This document shows, in pieces, positions 52,244 through 61,158 of a stretch of 64,000 nucleotides of DNA; the first letter of the stretch is position 1; every line of letters starts with the position of its first letter. Below the pieces are notes generated by a model. It was not told the DNA's origin and searched no databases. It was given only the letters and a program-made list of their open reading frames with translations. This DNA is from Bdellovibrionales bacterium (GTDB lineage Bacteria > Bdellovibrionota > Bdellovibrionia > Bdellovibrionales > JAGQZY01), in the NCBI GenBank assembly GCA_019750295.1, contig JAIEOS010000066.1, positions 2,183 to 66,182 on the forward strand. Direction: 5' to 3'. A program made the translations under genes and the position numbers.

Positions 52244-52930
52244 GTGGAAGAGAATATGATGGCAGCGGCAGGAGCTGCACAACAAGAAGTACCGCAGAAT
52301 TTCATACTGCATGCATTTGAAGCCGGTGGCCCGATGATGTATGTGATCTTAGCATTTTTGATTATGACGTTGATCGTTGTTTTCAAACAGATGATGATCC
52401 TTAAAGATTCTGGGATTGATAAAGAAGATTTCAACGAGCATTTGTTCGGTGTTGTTTTACGTGGAGATGTTCAACAGGCAATCTCTTACTGCGACAGCCG
52501 CCAAGCTCCTTTAACAAACACATTAAAAGCAGGATTAGTTCAGGTCTTGAACAAGCGTCCTGATGAAGAAGTTCAAGTGGCGATGGATGCATCGGTGCTT
52601 CGTGAAACTCCAAAAGTCGAAGGCTGGGTCAGCTTCCTTGCGGTTTTCGGTAACCTTGCAACTCTTCTAGGATTAGCGGGTACGATCGTAGGTATGATCA
52701 CGTCATTCCAAGGGGTGACAAAAGCCGATGACTCTAAAAAAGCAGAAATGCTCTCGAAGGGTATTGCGGAAGCACTTAACTGTACAGCATTTGGGCTGAT
52801 CGTAGCGATCATTGCGATTTTAGCTTACGGTTTCTTCCAGTTCCGCATCGGTCATATTCTTAACGAAATGACTGAAAGTAGCATGAGCTTGATGAATTTA
52901 GTGTCTTCTAATCGCGATAAAATGAAGTAA
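52244..52930 (+). CDS. aglR: MotA/TolQ/ExbB-family proton channel, AglR-like
   Basis: It has three TM segments and the family signature LAVFGNLATLLGLAGTIVGMITSF...IAEALNCTAFGLIVAIIAILAY. GGAGGGG lies upstream of the start. Confidence 0.8.
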   Translation: MEENMMAAAGAAQQEVPQNFILHAFEAGGPMMYVILAFLIMTLIVVFKQMMILKDSGIDKEDFNEHLFGVVLRGDVQQAISYCDSRQAPLTNTLKAGLVQVLNKRPDEEVQVAMDASVLRETPKVEGWVSFLAVFGNLATLLGLAGTIVGMITSFQGVTKADDSKKAEMLSKGIAEALNCTAFGLIVAIIAILAYGFFQFRIGHILNEMTESSMSLMNLVSSNRDKMK

Positions 52931-52945
52931 TAAGAGGAAGTTTTT

Positions 52946-53425
52946 ATGGCTGGTGTTGATCTAGGCGGCTCAGGCGGCAAAAGAGATTCGAATTTTGAGG
53001 TCAATCTCGTTCCGTTCATCGATTTGATGAGCGTGTTGATTACCTTTCTTTTGATTACTGCCGTCTGGACACAAGTTTCGATGATTAAACTGGGCAGCTC
53101 TTTGAACGCCAAAAAGAATACGGATGACGTCGATAAGCCTCCTCCAAAGGCCGACGTTCCATTGCGTATAGATATCAAAGATGGTGGCCATCATGTGGTT
53201 ATCGGACCCAAACAGTTTGATGTTCCAAAAAAGACAGATGGGGCGTACGACGTGGTAACACTACTTGCGCGTCTCATGGAAATCAAACAGGTTTATCCTG
53301 ATAAGATGGATGCAGTTGTGACCATGGATGAGCATTTAAAATATGATTTCCTCATTCAAGGTATGGATGCTGTTCTCCAAGCAGGATTCCCAGCGATCTC
53401 TGTCGCAACAGGGGGAGCTAAGTAA
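52946..53425 (+). CDS. ExbD/TolR-family protein, AglQ/AglS-like (1 of 2)
   Basis: EVNLVPFIDLMSVLITFLLIT carries the conserved TM Asp. The periplasmic domain is ExbD-like. Confidence 0.8.
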   Translation: MAGVDLGGSGGKRDSNFEVNLVPFIDLMSVLITFLLITAVWTQVSMIKLGSSLNAKKNTDDVDKPPPKADVPLRIDIKDGGHHVVIGPKQFDVPKKTDGAYDVVTLLARLMEIKQVYPDKMDAVVTMDEHLKYDFLIQGMDAVLQAGFPAISVATGGAK

Positions 53426-54033
53426 TGGCGATTTACGTACCAGGTAAAAGAGGCAGAGGAAACCGTCGTAAAGCGGCAGGGAAGAGAAACACGGTCGTGG
53501 CTCTCTCGTTAACGGCGATGGTAGATATGTTCACCGTGTTGACGATTTTCCTTCTGCAAAACTTTAAAGTTGATGCAATTAAGTTAAAACAAAACGTACC
53601 ACTTCCCGAGGCGACGGCGATTAAGAAGCTTCGTCCCGCTCACGTTGTGGTTGTCACTCAGGATAAAATCTTTTTAGATGAAACTCCTGTGGCTAACTTT
53701 ATTTCTGTCAAAGAACAACAAGAGTGGGTGATTGAAGCTCTTCGAGTGGGTCTTGCAGAAAAAATTAAAGAGCGCAAAGTGGCCTTCGATTCCACCCTCA
53801 AAGAGAAACTGAAAACCGCTCTGGCCAATGCTCAGACCAAAAAGATGAGTGAGGCCGAAATTGAAGAAGAACGAAAAGAGCTTGAAAGAGATTGGGGTCG
53901 CGTTACGGTGCAAGCCGATAAAGAGATCGACTTCCTGACCATCAAAAAAGTTCTCTATACGGCGACCGAGGCCGGTGCAACTATGATCAACTTTGCGGTT
54001 TCGCAAAAATCTAAAGAAGATCTGGTTCGTTAA
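53425..54033 (+). CDS. ExbD/TolR-family protein, AglQ/AglS-like (2 of 2)
   Basis: ALSLTAMVDMFTVLTIFLL carries the TM Asp. It has an insertion with an E/K-rich helix. Its ATG overlaps the upstream stop (TAATG). Confidence 0.75.
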   Translation: MAIYVPGKRGRGNRRKAAGKRNTVVALSLTAMVDMFTVLTIFLLQNFKVDAIKLKQNVPLPEATAIKKLRPAHVVVVTQDKIFLDETPVANFISVKEQQEWVIEALRVGLAEKIKERKVAFDSTLKEKLKTALANAQTKKMSEAEIEEERKELERDWGRVTVQADKEIDFLTIKKVLYTATEAGATMINFAVSQKSKEDLVR

Positions 54034-54062
54034 TCTGACTTCGAGACATTGTCATTCTCAAG

Positions 54063-54087
54063 AAGCCTGTGGAAACAGGCTTTTTTT
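54063..54087. terminator. Intrinsic terminator at the convergence point of the motor cluster and the histidine kinase gene
   Basis: AAGCCTGT pairs with ACAGGCTT around a GGAA loop, followed by TTTTTTT. It overlaps the stop codon of the minus-strand kinase gene. Confidence 0.8.
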
Positions 54088-55729
54088 ATTCTGTGAGAGA
54101 ACGCAGGAGATCGTTTCGGGAGAAGGGTTTTGGCAGAAAGTGGGTAAACCCGGCCTTCATGCATCGGGCTTTCTCCTCGGCGGTGGAGGAGGCTGTAAAA
54201 GCGACAAGACGGGCGCCCTGGACGGACTCTAACTCTTTGAGCTGAGCGAAAAGTTCCATTCCGTGAATGTCGGGGAGTCGCATATCTACAAAAACTGCAT
54301 CATACTGGTTTTTAGCAGCCTTTTCGAGACCTTGAGCGCCGGTCTCAGCCTCATCGATATCTAGCTCGAAAGCCTTAAGGAAGTAGGTAAATATAAAACG
54401 ATTGTCCTCACTGTCCTCAATTAACAATATATTTTTAATATTGGAGAGATTTGTGAAGAACTCGCTATCGAGCTGAACTTTTAATGAGGCCTTGTCCACT
54501 TCATGAGATTCGGCTCGGGGAGCGGGGATTTGTAGTCGAAACAAAGTGCCCTCGCCCACTACGCTAGAAACTAATTTCACCTCGCCTTCGAGCAAATCAG
54601 CGAGACCTTTACAAATGGATAAACCTAAACCGGTGCCTTCGATTTTTTTGGACTGGCTTAACGCGGTTCTCTGGAAAGGCTTAAAGGCATTTTCAATATC
54701 ACTGGCCGTCATTCCCATGCCGGTATCTTTTATTGAAAATTGGAGTTGAGAGCTGAGTAAAAGATAATCTGTGGTGACGGTGACCGAACCGCGCTCGGTG
54801 AATTTAATCGCATTAGAGATCAAATTGACCAAAATTTGTTTGAGCAACGTCTCGTCCGTTTTAACGTGAGAGGGGACTTTGTCGTTAATTTCAATATCAA
54901 ATTGAATATTTTTTTGTGCAGCCTTAAGGCGAAAGACGGAGGTGATTTGTCGAAGAAGATCTCTGATGGAGACGATGCTATCGGTTTTCTGAAACGACTT
55001 TGATTTAATTTTGGTGAGATCTAATATGTCTCCCACAAGATTGAGCAAGTGGTGACTGGAATTCTCTAAGGAAGCAAAATAGTCTTTGGCTTTGGTTGTA
55101 TTGAGAAGTTCTCCAAACTCTTTTTTGATCACTTCTGTGTATCCCGTAATACTGGTGAGCGGTGTGCGAATTTCATGAGCCATTGCTGCTAGAAATTGAG
55201 TTTGGGAGATTTTTTCGTTTTCCTCGTGCTTCGCTTTATGACGGGCTTCGATCAATCGAATGGCTTGCTTGGAGAGAATCTCCATCTGCTTTTTTTGACT
55301 CATCGTTAAAGTGCGAGATTGACGGTCAATGACACATAAAGTTCCTAGTTTATAACCATTTGAAGTCACTAGAGGCTGACCGGCGTAGAATCGTATATTG
55401 GGATTTCCCGTGACCAGTGGATTGTCGGCAAAGCGCTCATCTGCTGTGGTGTCCTGCACTTCGAAGAGGCCGTCTCCTGGAGCTGTAATCGCATGCCCGC
55501 AGAAGGAGATGTCGCGATCAGTTTCTGCGGCATTGAGGCCGATGCGAGCTTTAAACCACTGCCTCTTGTGATCAACCAAGCTGATCAGAGAGATTGGACA
55601 GCCGGTCACCGATGAGGCCATAAAAACGATATCTTCGAACTCTTCCTCGGAAGGTGTGTCGAGAATGTCGAGTTGCAAAAGCTCATTGACGCGCTCGTGA
55701 TCATTGTTGGGAAAGACAGGTAGTTTCAT
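54086..55729 (-). CDS. Hybrid sensor histidine kinase: GAF + HisKA + HATPase_c + receiver
   Basis: The N-terminus is GAF-like (ERVNELLQLDILDTPSEEEFEDIV...GTLCVID). It has an H-box (AAMAHEIRTPLTSI), N/G boxes (ISNAIKFTERG, DTGMGM, GTGLGLSIC) and a C-terminal REC (ILLIEDSEDN...VFVDMRLPD...K). Start set at the ATG at 55729. Confidence 0.88.
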   Translation of the reverse strand: MKLPVFPNNDHERVNELLQLDILDTPSEEEFEDIVFMASSVTGCPISLISLVDHKRQWFKARIGLNAAETDRDISFCGHAITAPGDGLFEVQDTTADERFADNPLVTGNPNIRFYAGQPLVTSNGYKLGTLCVIDRQSRTLTMSQKKQMEILSKQAIRLIEARHKAKHEENEKISQTQFLAAMAHEIRTPLTSITGYTEVIKKEFGELLNTTKAKDYFASLENSSHHLLNLVGDILDLTKIKSKSFQKTDSIVSIRDLLRQITSVFRLKAAQKNIQFDIEINDKVPSHVKTDETLLKQILVNLISNAIKFTERGSVTVTTDYLLLSSQLQFSIKDTGMGMTASDIENAFKPFQRTALSQSKKIEGTGLGLSICKGLADLLEGEVKLVSSVVGEGTLFRLQIPAPRAESHEVDKASLKVQLDSEFFTNLSNIKNILLIEDSEDNRFIFTYFLKAFELDIDEAETGAQGLEKAAKNQYDAVFVDMRLPDIHGMELFAQLKELESVQGARLVAFTASSTAEEKARCMKAGFTHFLPKPFSRNDLLRSLTE

Positions 55730-55880
55730 GCGTCCCGAATGCAAAAGTTTGCACCAAGATATAGAGCTTCGAGGCATTAAGCAAGGAAATGGAAGTAATT
55801 ACAGAGGGGATATCCACGAAAAAAGTTTAGTGGTTGTTCCAGTAATAACTGGAACTCCAGGGACGCAGATTGTCCCTGAA

Positions 55881-56588
55881 TTACGCAGCTTTGTATCGTG
55901 TATTTTGGAATTGATTCACGTATTCAATAATAGCGGACATAGGCTCGGCCGCAATTTTCTCGAATTCGATTCCAGAGGAGCCGTCTTTCGTGTGGTAAAG
56001 GATACGTCCTTCAACATGAATCGGGATCGCCAAGCTCGGACTTTCGAGCTTGATGTCGACATTTGTGCCTGTCGGGAAGTTCTTACCCAGTCCCGATACA
56101 CCGATGCCACCTTGACCGATAATATTCACTTTCACTAAGTAGCTAAATTTTGAATCGGCTTTAGAGATTTTTGCCGTCGCCACAATGGGAACTCGTGGTA
56201 CTTTTCGGCGAGTCATTTCTAAAGCGTTCATAAAAATCGAGTTGTTAAAAATGCTTTCCCATACGTCTTTATTCTTTTGACAGAGGTAGATATCGTGGTT
56301 GAGCTCCACGTTTTTAAGATACTGAATGCATTCGTCAAAGGACATAAAGCGGGTCTCATTTTTAGGGTCTTTGATTTTCCACTCGACGCTAAAATGATCT
56401 TCAAGCTTTTTAATGATTGTCGGGTAGTCTTGTCTCCATTGGAGGACCGACACCCAATCTTTTTCACCCTTCCACCAAATGAAAGAGTCTTCGCTGATTT
56501 TATTGGCCGCGAGATGTGCATGCACATCATCGGTTGTAAATGGGCCCAAAACAGTGTTTTTATGATAGACAAACCATTCTATTTTCAT
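55881..56588 (-). CDS. Tandem GYF_2-like domains + C-terminal PilZ-like domain protein
   Basis: - GYF_2 pattern: WFVYHKNTVLGPFTTDDVHAHLAANKISEDSFIWWKGEKDWVSV.
- Second, weaker repeat: EWKIKDPKNETRFMSFDECIQYLKN...DVWESI.
- PilZ-like region: RRKVPR (RxxxR), then NIIGQGGIGVSG (a degenerate D/NxSxxG) and a beta-barrel-like tail. Confidence 0.6.
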   Translation of the reverse strand: MKIEWFVYHKNTVLGPFTTDDVHAHLAANKISEDSFIWWKGEKDWVSVLQWRQDYPTIIKKLEDHFSVEWKIKDPKNETRFMSFDECIQYLKNVELNHDIYLCQKNKDVWESIFNNSIFMNALEMTRRKVPRVPIVATAKISKADSKFSYLVKVNIIGQGGIGVSGLGKNFPTGTNVDIKLESPSLAIPIHVEGRILYHTKDGSSGIEFEKIAAEPMSAIIEYVNQFQNTRYKAA

Positions 56589-56774
56589 ACTTATTAAATA
56601 TCGGCCGCCCCATTTGATAACTTAAAGAGAGAAACAGACATTTTGCGAGCTCAGTTCAATTCAGGTCCAAGGGCCAAGGAGCCATAAGCCGAGACTTAGT
56701 GCTTTGGTCGGTTTTTGGGTCGCTGCGTCTCCTGGGAGCGCCCGAACTATAGTAAGAATTCCATAGGACAATCC

Positions 56775-57794
56775 ATGAGAAATACGACCTTTGTAGTGGC
56801 CATTTTAATTCTGATCGGTTTTGAAGTTTATTATTTCAGAACGGAGCGTTGGTCACCGGTGGGCGATGAGCAAACGCAAGATTCTAAAAAGCTCACTCCG
56901 GAAGAAGAAATCACCAGTAAGAACTTGCAGCAGGTGCAAGCTCAGCAGGCTGCGCCGACAAAATCAGATGTGCAAGAGCAAACTTTAACTCAACTGTACC
57001 TCGTCGAATCCAACAGTAAAAAGAAAGATTGGGAAGTTTGGGCGGACAGTGCTCATAAAGGCATGGGCTCTGCCGTATGGGAATTGGAAAAGGTCAAAGC
57101 CGAATTTTTTTCCGAAAACGTGACCTACAAAGTCAACGGCGCCAAGGGGACCGTGGATGAGGCCAAAAAAGACATGATCATCGAAGGTGACGTCAAATTA
57201 GTCTCGAGTAATGGCTACATTTTTTTTACTAATAAACTTGTGTATAACCCCACCACGAAATCCATCAACTCCAGAGACAAGGTGAGCGTGGAAGGGCCGA
57301 ATGAGGGGCATGGTCGACTCTACATGGAAGGCACCGGCTTGAATGTGAGTTTGGTCAGCAACCTCATGGTCTTGGAAAAAGATGTGCTGGGGCACAAGCC
57401 CATGAGTCAACAGAGGGCGATGAGTATTCGTTCCCAGAGAGCCGAATTTAGTGGCACGGAGCAGACCGCTATTTTTAAAAATAACGTCGTGATTAAAGTG
57501 GACAAAATGGTGGTCAAAGGAAATTTCGCCAATTTTCAGTACAAAAATGGGAAATTGGACACTTTGACTATGGATGGCGGAATTCATATGCAGGATCAAA
57601 ATAAAATTGGTTCCTCTGGCGAGGCGATCGTGTATTTTAATGAAGATAAGTATGTATTCCGCAAGAAACCGTTTGTGACCCAAGGGGAAAACGAGTTGAT
57701 TGGCGACGAAATTGTGATTTTTAATGGGGGGCAACGAGTTCAGGTGCGAAACGCCAAAGCTCAGTACCAACAGCAATCGGAGAAGGCTCAGTGA
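56775..57794 (+). CDS. LPS transport periplasmic bridge protein, apparent LptC-LptA (OstA-like) fusion with an N-terminal membrane anchor
   Basis: It has a TM anchor (FVVAILILIGFEVYYF), then an LptC-like half (WEVWADSAHK...IIEGDVKLVSSNGYIFFTNKLVYNP...MEGTGLNVSL), then an OstA/LptA-like half (IRSQRAEFSGTEQTAIFKNNVVIKVDKMVVKGNFANFQY...IGDEIVIFNGG). It lies directly upstream of lptB. Start set at the ATG at 56775. Confidence 0.65.
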   Translation: MRNTTFVVAILILIGFEVYYFRTERWSPVGDEQTQDSKKLTPEEEITSKNLQQVQAQQAAPTKSDVQEQTLTQLYLVESNSKKKDWEVWADSAHKGMGSAVWELEKVKAEFFSENVTYKVNGAKGTVDEAKKDMIIEGDVKLVSSNGYIFFTNKLVYNPTTKSINSRDKVSVEGPNEGHGRLYMEGTGLNVSLVSNLMVLEKDVLGHKPMSQQRAMSIRSQRAEFSGTEQTAIFKNNVVIKVDKMVVKGNFANFQYKNGKLDTLTMDGGIHMQDQNKIGSSGEAIVYFNEDKYVFRKKPFVTQGENELIGDEIVIFNGGQRVQVRNAKAQYQQQSEKAQ

Positions 57795-58528
57795 GTGAAT
57801 TGAAATACAGCGAATTGATCGCGACCAAGATTTCTAAAGCCTATAAGAAACGCGTCGTTGTGAAAGACGTTTCTCTCAAAGTCCAATCGGGGCAAATCGT
57901 GGGGCTCCTCGGTCCCAATGGTGCAGGAAAAACCACAAGCTTTTACATGGTCGTTGGAATTATCACTCCGGATTCAGGTGAAATCACTGTCGATGGGGCC
58001 TCGATCAGTAAGCTCCCGATGCATGAACGCGCCACGTTCGGTATTAGTTATCTCCCCCAAGAGCCGAGCATTTTTAGAAAGCTCACCGTCAAAGAAAATT
58101 TGTATGCCGCCATCGAGGCCTCCACTCATGCACGCGGTCGTCGGAATGAACGCTACGAGCAATTGATTTCGGATTTCAGCATTGAGCATATCGTCAATAA
58201 TTATGGCTATTCGCTTTCGGGCGGTGAACGCCGCCGAGTGGAGATTGCTCGATCTTTGGCGGGCTTTCCAAAGTTTATATTACTGGACGAGCCTTTCGCC
58301 GGGATCGATCCCATTGCGGTGGCTGAGATTCAAAAAATTATTCGCAAATTGAAAGAGAAAAATATCGGGGTCCTAATTACAGACCATAACGTGAGAGAGA
58401 CCTTAGAAATTTGCGATCATGCCTATATAATGAAGGAAGGAAGTGTTCAAGTTCAGGGCACCTCCAAGGAGATCACAGAATCTCCAATAGCTCGTAAATT
58501 TTATTTGGGTGAAAACTTTAAGTATTAA
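57791..58528 (+). CDS. lptB: LPS export ABC transporter ATP-binding protein
   Basis: It has Walker A (GPNGAGKTT), the ABC signature (LSGGERRRVEIAR) and Walker B (ILLDEPFAGIDP). GTG start overlapping the upstream stop. It sits between the lptC/A gene and rpoN. Confidence 0.9.
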   Translation: MSELKYSELIATKISKAYKKRVVVKDVSLKVQSGQIVGLLGPNGAGKTTSFYMVVGIITPDSGEITVDGASISKLPMHERATFGISYLPQEPSIFRKLTVKENLYAAIEASTHARGRRNERYEQLISDFSIEHIVNNYGYSLSGGERRRVEIARSLAGFPKFILLDEPFAGIDPIAVAEIQKIIRKLKEKNIGVLITDHNVRETLEICDHAYIMKEGSVQVQGTSKEITESPIARKFYLGENFKY

Positions 58529-58546
58529 ACAACAAGAGAAGGTTCC

Positions 58547-59962
58547 ATGTCGATTTCGATGAAGCAAAGTATGGCCTTGCGCCAAACACTCAAGATGACG
58601 CCACAGCTTCAGCAGGCGATTAAACTTTTACAGCTTTCCCGTTTAGAATTAGAGACCGCAGTCCGCAAGGAAATGATGGAGAACCCCGTGCTCGAAGAGG
58701 GCGCGGATGAAAAAGAAACTCCGGCCGAAGCGGCCAACGCCGAGAGCGGAACGACCGCTAACGAACAAGATCCCCGCAAGCAAGATGAGTTCGAGTGGGA
58801 TTCCTACTTTGAAAATCAAAATAAATCCCGCGAGCGATCCGCCGGCGGCAATGAAGAGATCATGAACTATGAGAACATCATTGCGACCAAAGAATCCTTG
58901 CATGATCACTTGCACTGGCAGGCCAGCATGTATGGCTTTAACGAGGAAGAATTGCATTTAGCGACGATCTTGATCGACTCGATCAATGATGACGGCTACA
59001 TTTCCGCACCGTTGGCTGAGATTGCCCAGGAAGAAAAAGTTTCGGAAAAAGATCTTGAAGAGACATTGCCGTTCATCCAAGAGTTTGATCCTCCGGGTGT
59101 CGGTGCGAGAGATCTTCAAGAGTGCTTATTGGTGCAAGCAAAACATCTCCAGGAAGATACCAAAGATTTCGTCAAGCTCATCACCAATCACATGAAAGAT
59201 CTTGAGCGTAAAAACTATCAAAACATCGCGAAGGAAATGGGACTTCAGCTCGAAGAAGTGATCGACATGTGTAAGATCATTAACACCATGGATCCCAAGC
59301 CCGGTCGGCAGTTTTCCACCAACGACACTCACTACGTGACTCCCGATGTGTATGTTTACAAAGTGGGAGATGAGTACGTTGTTTCTTTGAACGAAGATGG
59401 GCTTCCTAAGTTAAGAATTTCGAATTTTTATAAAAACATGGCGCAGAAAAAGGGCGGACCTAAAAACGAAGCTCAAGATTATGTGCAGGATAAATTACGT
59501 TCAGCGCTTTGGCTCATTCGTTCGATTCATCAGCGCCAACGCACGATCTACAAAGTGACCGAGAGTATTGTAAAACATCAGGGTGAGTTTTTCGAAAAGG
59601 GCACCTCGTTTATTAAGCCCATGATCCTTCGTGATATTGCCAACGACATCGGTATGCACGAGTCCACGGTGAGTCGGGTGACGACAAACAAGTACGTTCA
59701 CACTCCCCAGGGAATCTACGAACTTAAATATTTCTTTAACTCGGGAATCTCTACAGATGATGGAGATTCATTAGCGAGCGAATCGGTCAAAATGAAGATC
59801 AAAGATTTGGTTTCTGACGAGGATAATAAAAAACCATTGTCGGATCAAAAGCTGGTCGATCTTCTTAAAAAAGACGGGATCATTATTGCTCGTCGAACCG
59901 TGGCGAAGTATCGCGACATGTTGAAAATCTTGCCTTCCAGCAAACGCAAAAAAGGGTTCTAG
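58547..59962 (+). CDS. rpoN: RNA polymerase sigma-54 factor
   Basis: The N-terminus is LKMTPQLQQAIKLLQLSRLEL. It has an acidic region II, the HTH segment HESTVSRVTTNKY and the RpoN box ARRTVAKYR. Confidence 0.95.
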   Translation: MSISMKQSMALRQTLKMTPQLQQAIKLLQLSRLELETAVRKEMMENPVLEEGADEKETPAEAANAESGTTANEQDPRKQDEFEWDSYFENQNKSRERSAGGNEEIMNYENIIATKESLHDHLHWQASMYGFNEEELHLATILIDSINDDGYISAPLAEIAQEEKVSEKDLEETLPFIQEFDPPGVGARDLQECLLVQAKHLQEDTKDFVKLITNHMKDLERKNYQNIAKEMGLQLEEVIDMCKIINTMDPKPGRQFSTNDTHYVTPDVYVYKVGDEYVVSLNEDGLPKLRISNFYKNMAQKKGGPKNEAQDYVQDKLRSALWLIRSIHQRQRTIYKVTESIVKHQGEFFEKGTSFIKPMILRDIANDIGMHESTVSRVTTNKYVHTPQGIYELKYFFNSGISTDDGDSLASESVKMKIKDLVSDEDNKKPLSDQKLVDLLKKDGIIIARRTVAKYRDMLKILPSSKRKKGF

Positions 59963-60058
59963 GTTTTCTACCGAAAAGCAAAACATCGGTCTTGGGTTTG
60001 CTTGGGGTTGACGGTATTTGAACGCCACTAGGTTCTGAGTTTAGATAAGAGATAAGAT

Positions 60059-60080
60059 GCGCAGTCATACTGCGCTTTTG
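60059..60080 (+). terminator. Intrinsic terminator downstream of rpoN
   Basis: GCGCAGT pairs with ACTGCGC around a CAT loop, followed by TTTTG. Confidence 0.6.
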
Positions 60081-60171
60081 TAGATGCCCCGTTTTATTTT
60101 AATTAGTATTATAATTCAGTTAATCTTTTCGATACAGCGAGTGGAAGCAAACGCTCCGAACTTGTAGGCGG

Positions 60172-61158
60172 CTAAGTTTTTAGGCCTTTTAGATTTATGG
60201 CCATCTCTGATCTGTATTTAAGACGATTGTGAACGCCACATAGGACTTGCAGGTTATCTACCGTATTGTTTCCGCCGCGGCTCCAGCTTTGTATGTGATC
60301 CAACTGTAAAAATCTGCGGTTGTCGCAGGATTTGCCGTTTTGGTCTTTGTAAGCACATACGGCATTGGGATGAAGTAATTTTTTACGAATGGTTTGAGAA
60401 ATATATCGTCTTCGAAGGGCCTGAGGAGTGGGGTCGCGCTTGGAGCGAATTGTTTCAGAAGTTTCAGAGGCTATGCCGTCATTCACTTCCGCTACGGCAG
60501 TGGATTTCGGAGCTCTCTTTGGATTTTTTGGTGATCGAATGTGGGTACGACGAGCTAATTCCTTCTTCGCTAGATAAGTGAGCGTATCGGCCCAGTTGGC
60601 GTTGGCTCCGGTATGAGCGATCATATCTTGAGCTTTCTCCAGAATCACCATTTGTTCTTGAGTTAAAGTCAGCGTGAGGGTCACGGAATTATCTTTGTGC
60701 AGAAGTTCTTTTTCATATTTTGGAACGGGAATATTTAATCTATGAGCGATAATTTGTTCGGTTTCTTTTTGGCTCAACTTTTCGATTTGAGTGAAAAGTT
60801 CCCGATTATCGTGCGGGGTTAAATGAGTGTTTTTAATTCTTTTTTGATCACGCGAGGCCTTTTGAACCTGTGTCGCCTGCGATAAGGTGATGTCGCCATT
60901 TTCAAATTTAACAATCACTTCTGGCATTTCTTGTAAAAGACGTGCGGCATCGATTCTTCGCATGGCCGAACCTGGACTGTAGCCAATTTCGCGGGTGAGA
61001 TAATCAAATAAACTCGTGAAGCCTTTTTCTATAAAAAGTCTGCGCCGATCAATCTCGGCAATATAGCGAATTATTTCTGCCGTCATTTTTCGTTCGCTCG
61101 CCACCGACTTTTCGAAACTTAAAACGAGCTCTTTGTTGTTCATGTTTTTGAAATCCAT
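60172..61158 (-). CDS. HNH endonuclease-domain protein with a DUF222-like helical N-terminal region
   Basis: The C-terminus reads C-x-y...CDNRRFLQLDHIQSWSRGGNNTVDNLQVLCGVHN (H-N-H with flanking Cys). The N-terminal 230 aa is helical. GGAGG lies upstream of the ATG. It is flanked by 209-bp and 429-bp AT-rich noncoding regions. Confidence 0.8.
   Translation of the reverse strand: MDFKNMNNKELVLSFEKSVASERKMTAEIIRYIAEIDRRRLFIEKGFTSLFDYLTREIGYSPGSAMRRIDAARLLQEMPEVIVKFENGDITLSQATQVQKASRDQKRIKNTHLTPHDNRELFTQIEKLSQKETEQIIAHRLNIPVPKYEKELLHKDNSVTLTLTLTQEQMVILEKAQDMIAHTGANANWADTLTYLAKKELARRTHIRSPKNPKRAPKSTAVAEVNDGIASETSETIRSKRDPTPQALRRRYISQTIRKKLLHPNAVCAYKDQNGKSCDNRRFLQLDHIQSWSRGGNNTVDNLQVLCGVHNRLKYRSEMAINLKGLKT

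Noticed and set aside
57198-57776. A 192-aa minus-strand ORF antisense to the LptC/LptA-like gene.
   Set aside because: It is a shadow ORF. The plus-strand frame has Lpt-family sequence and is translationally coupled to lptB.
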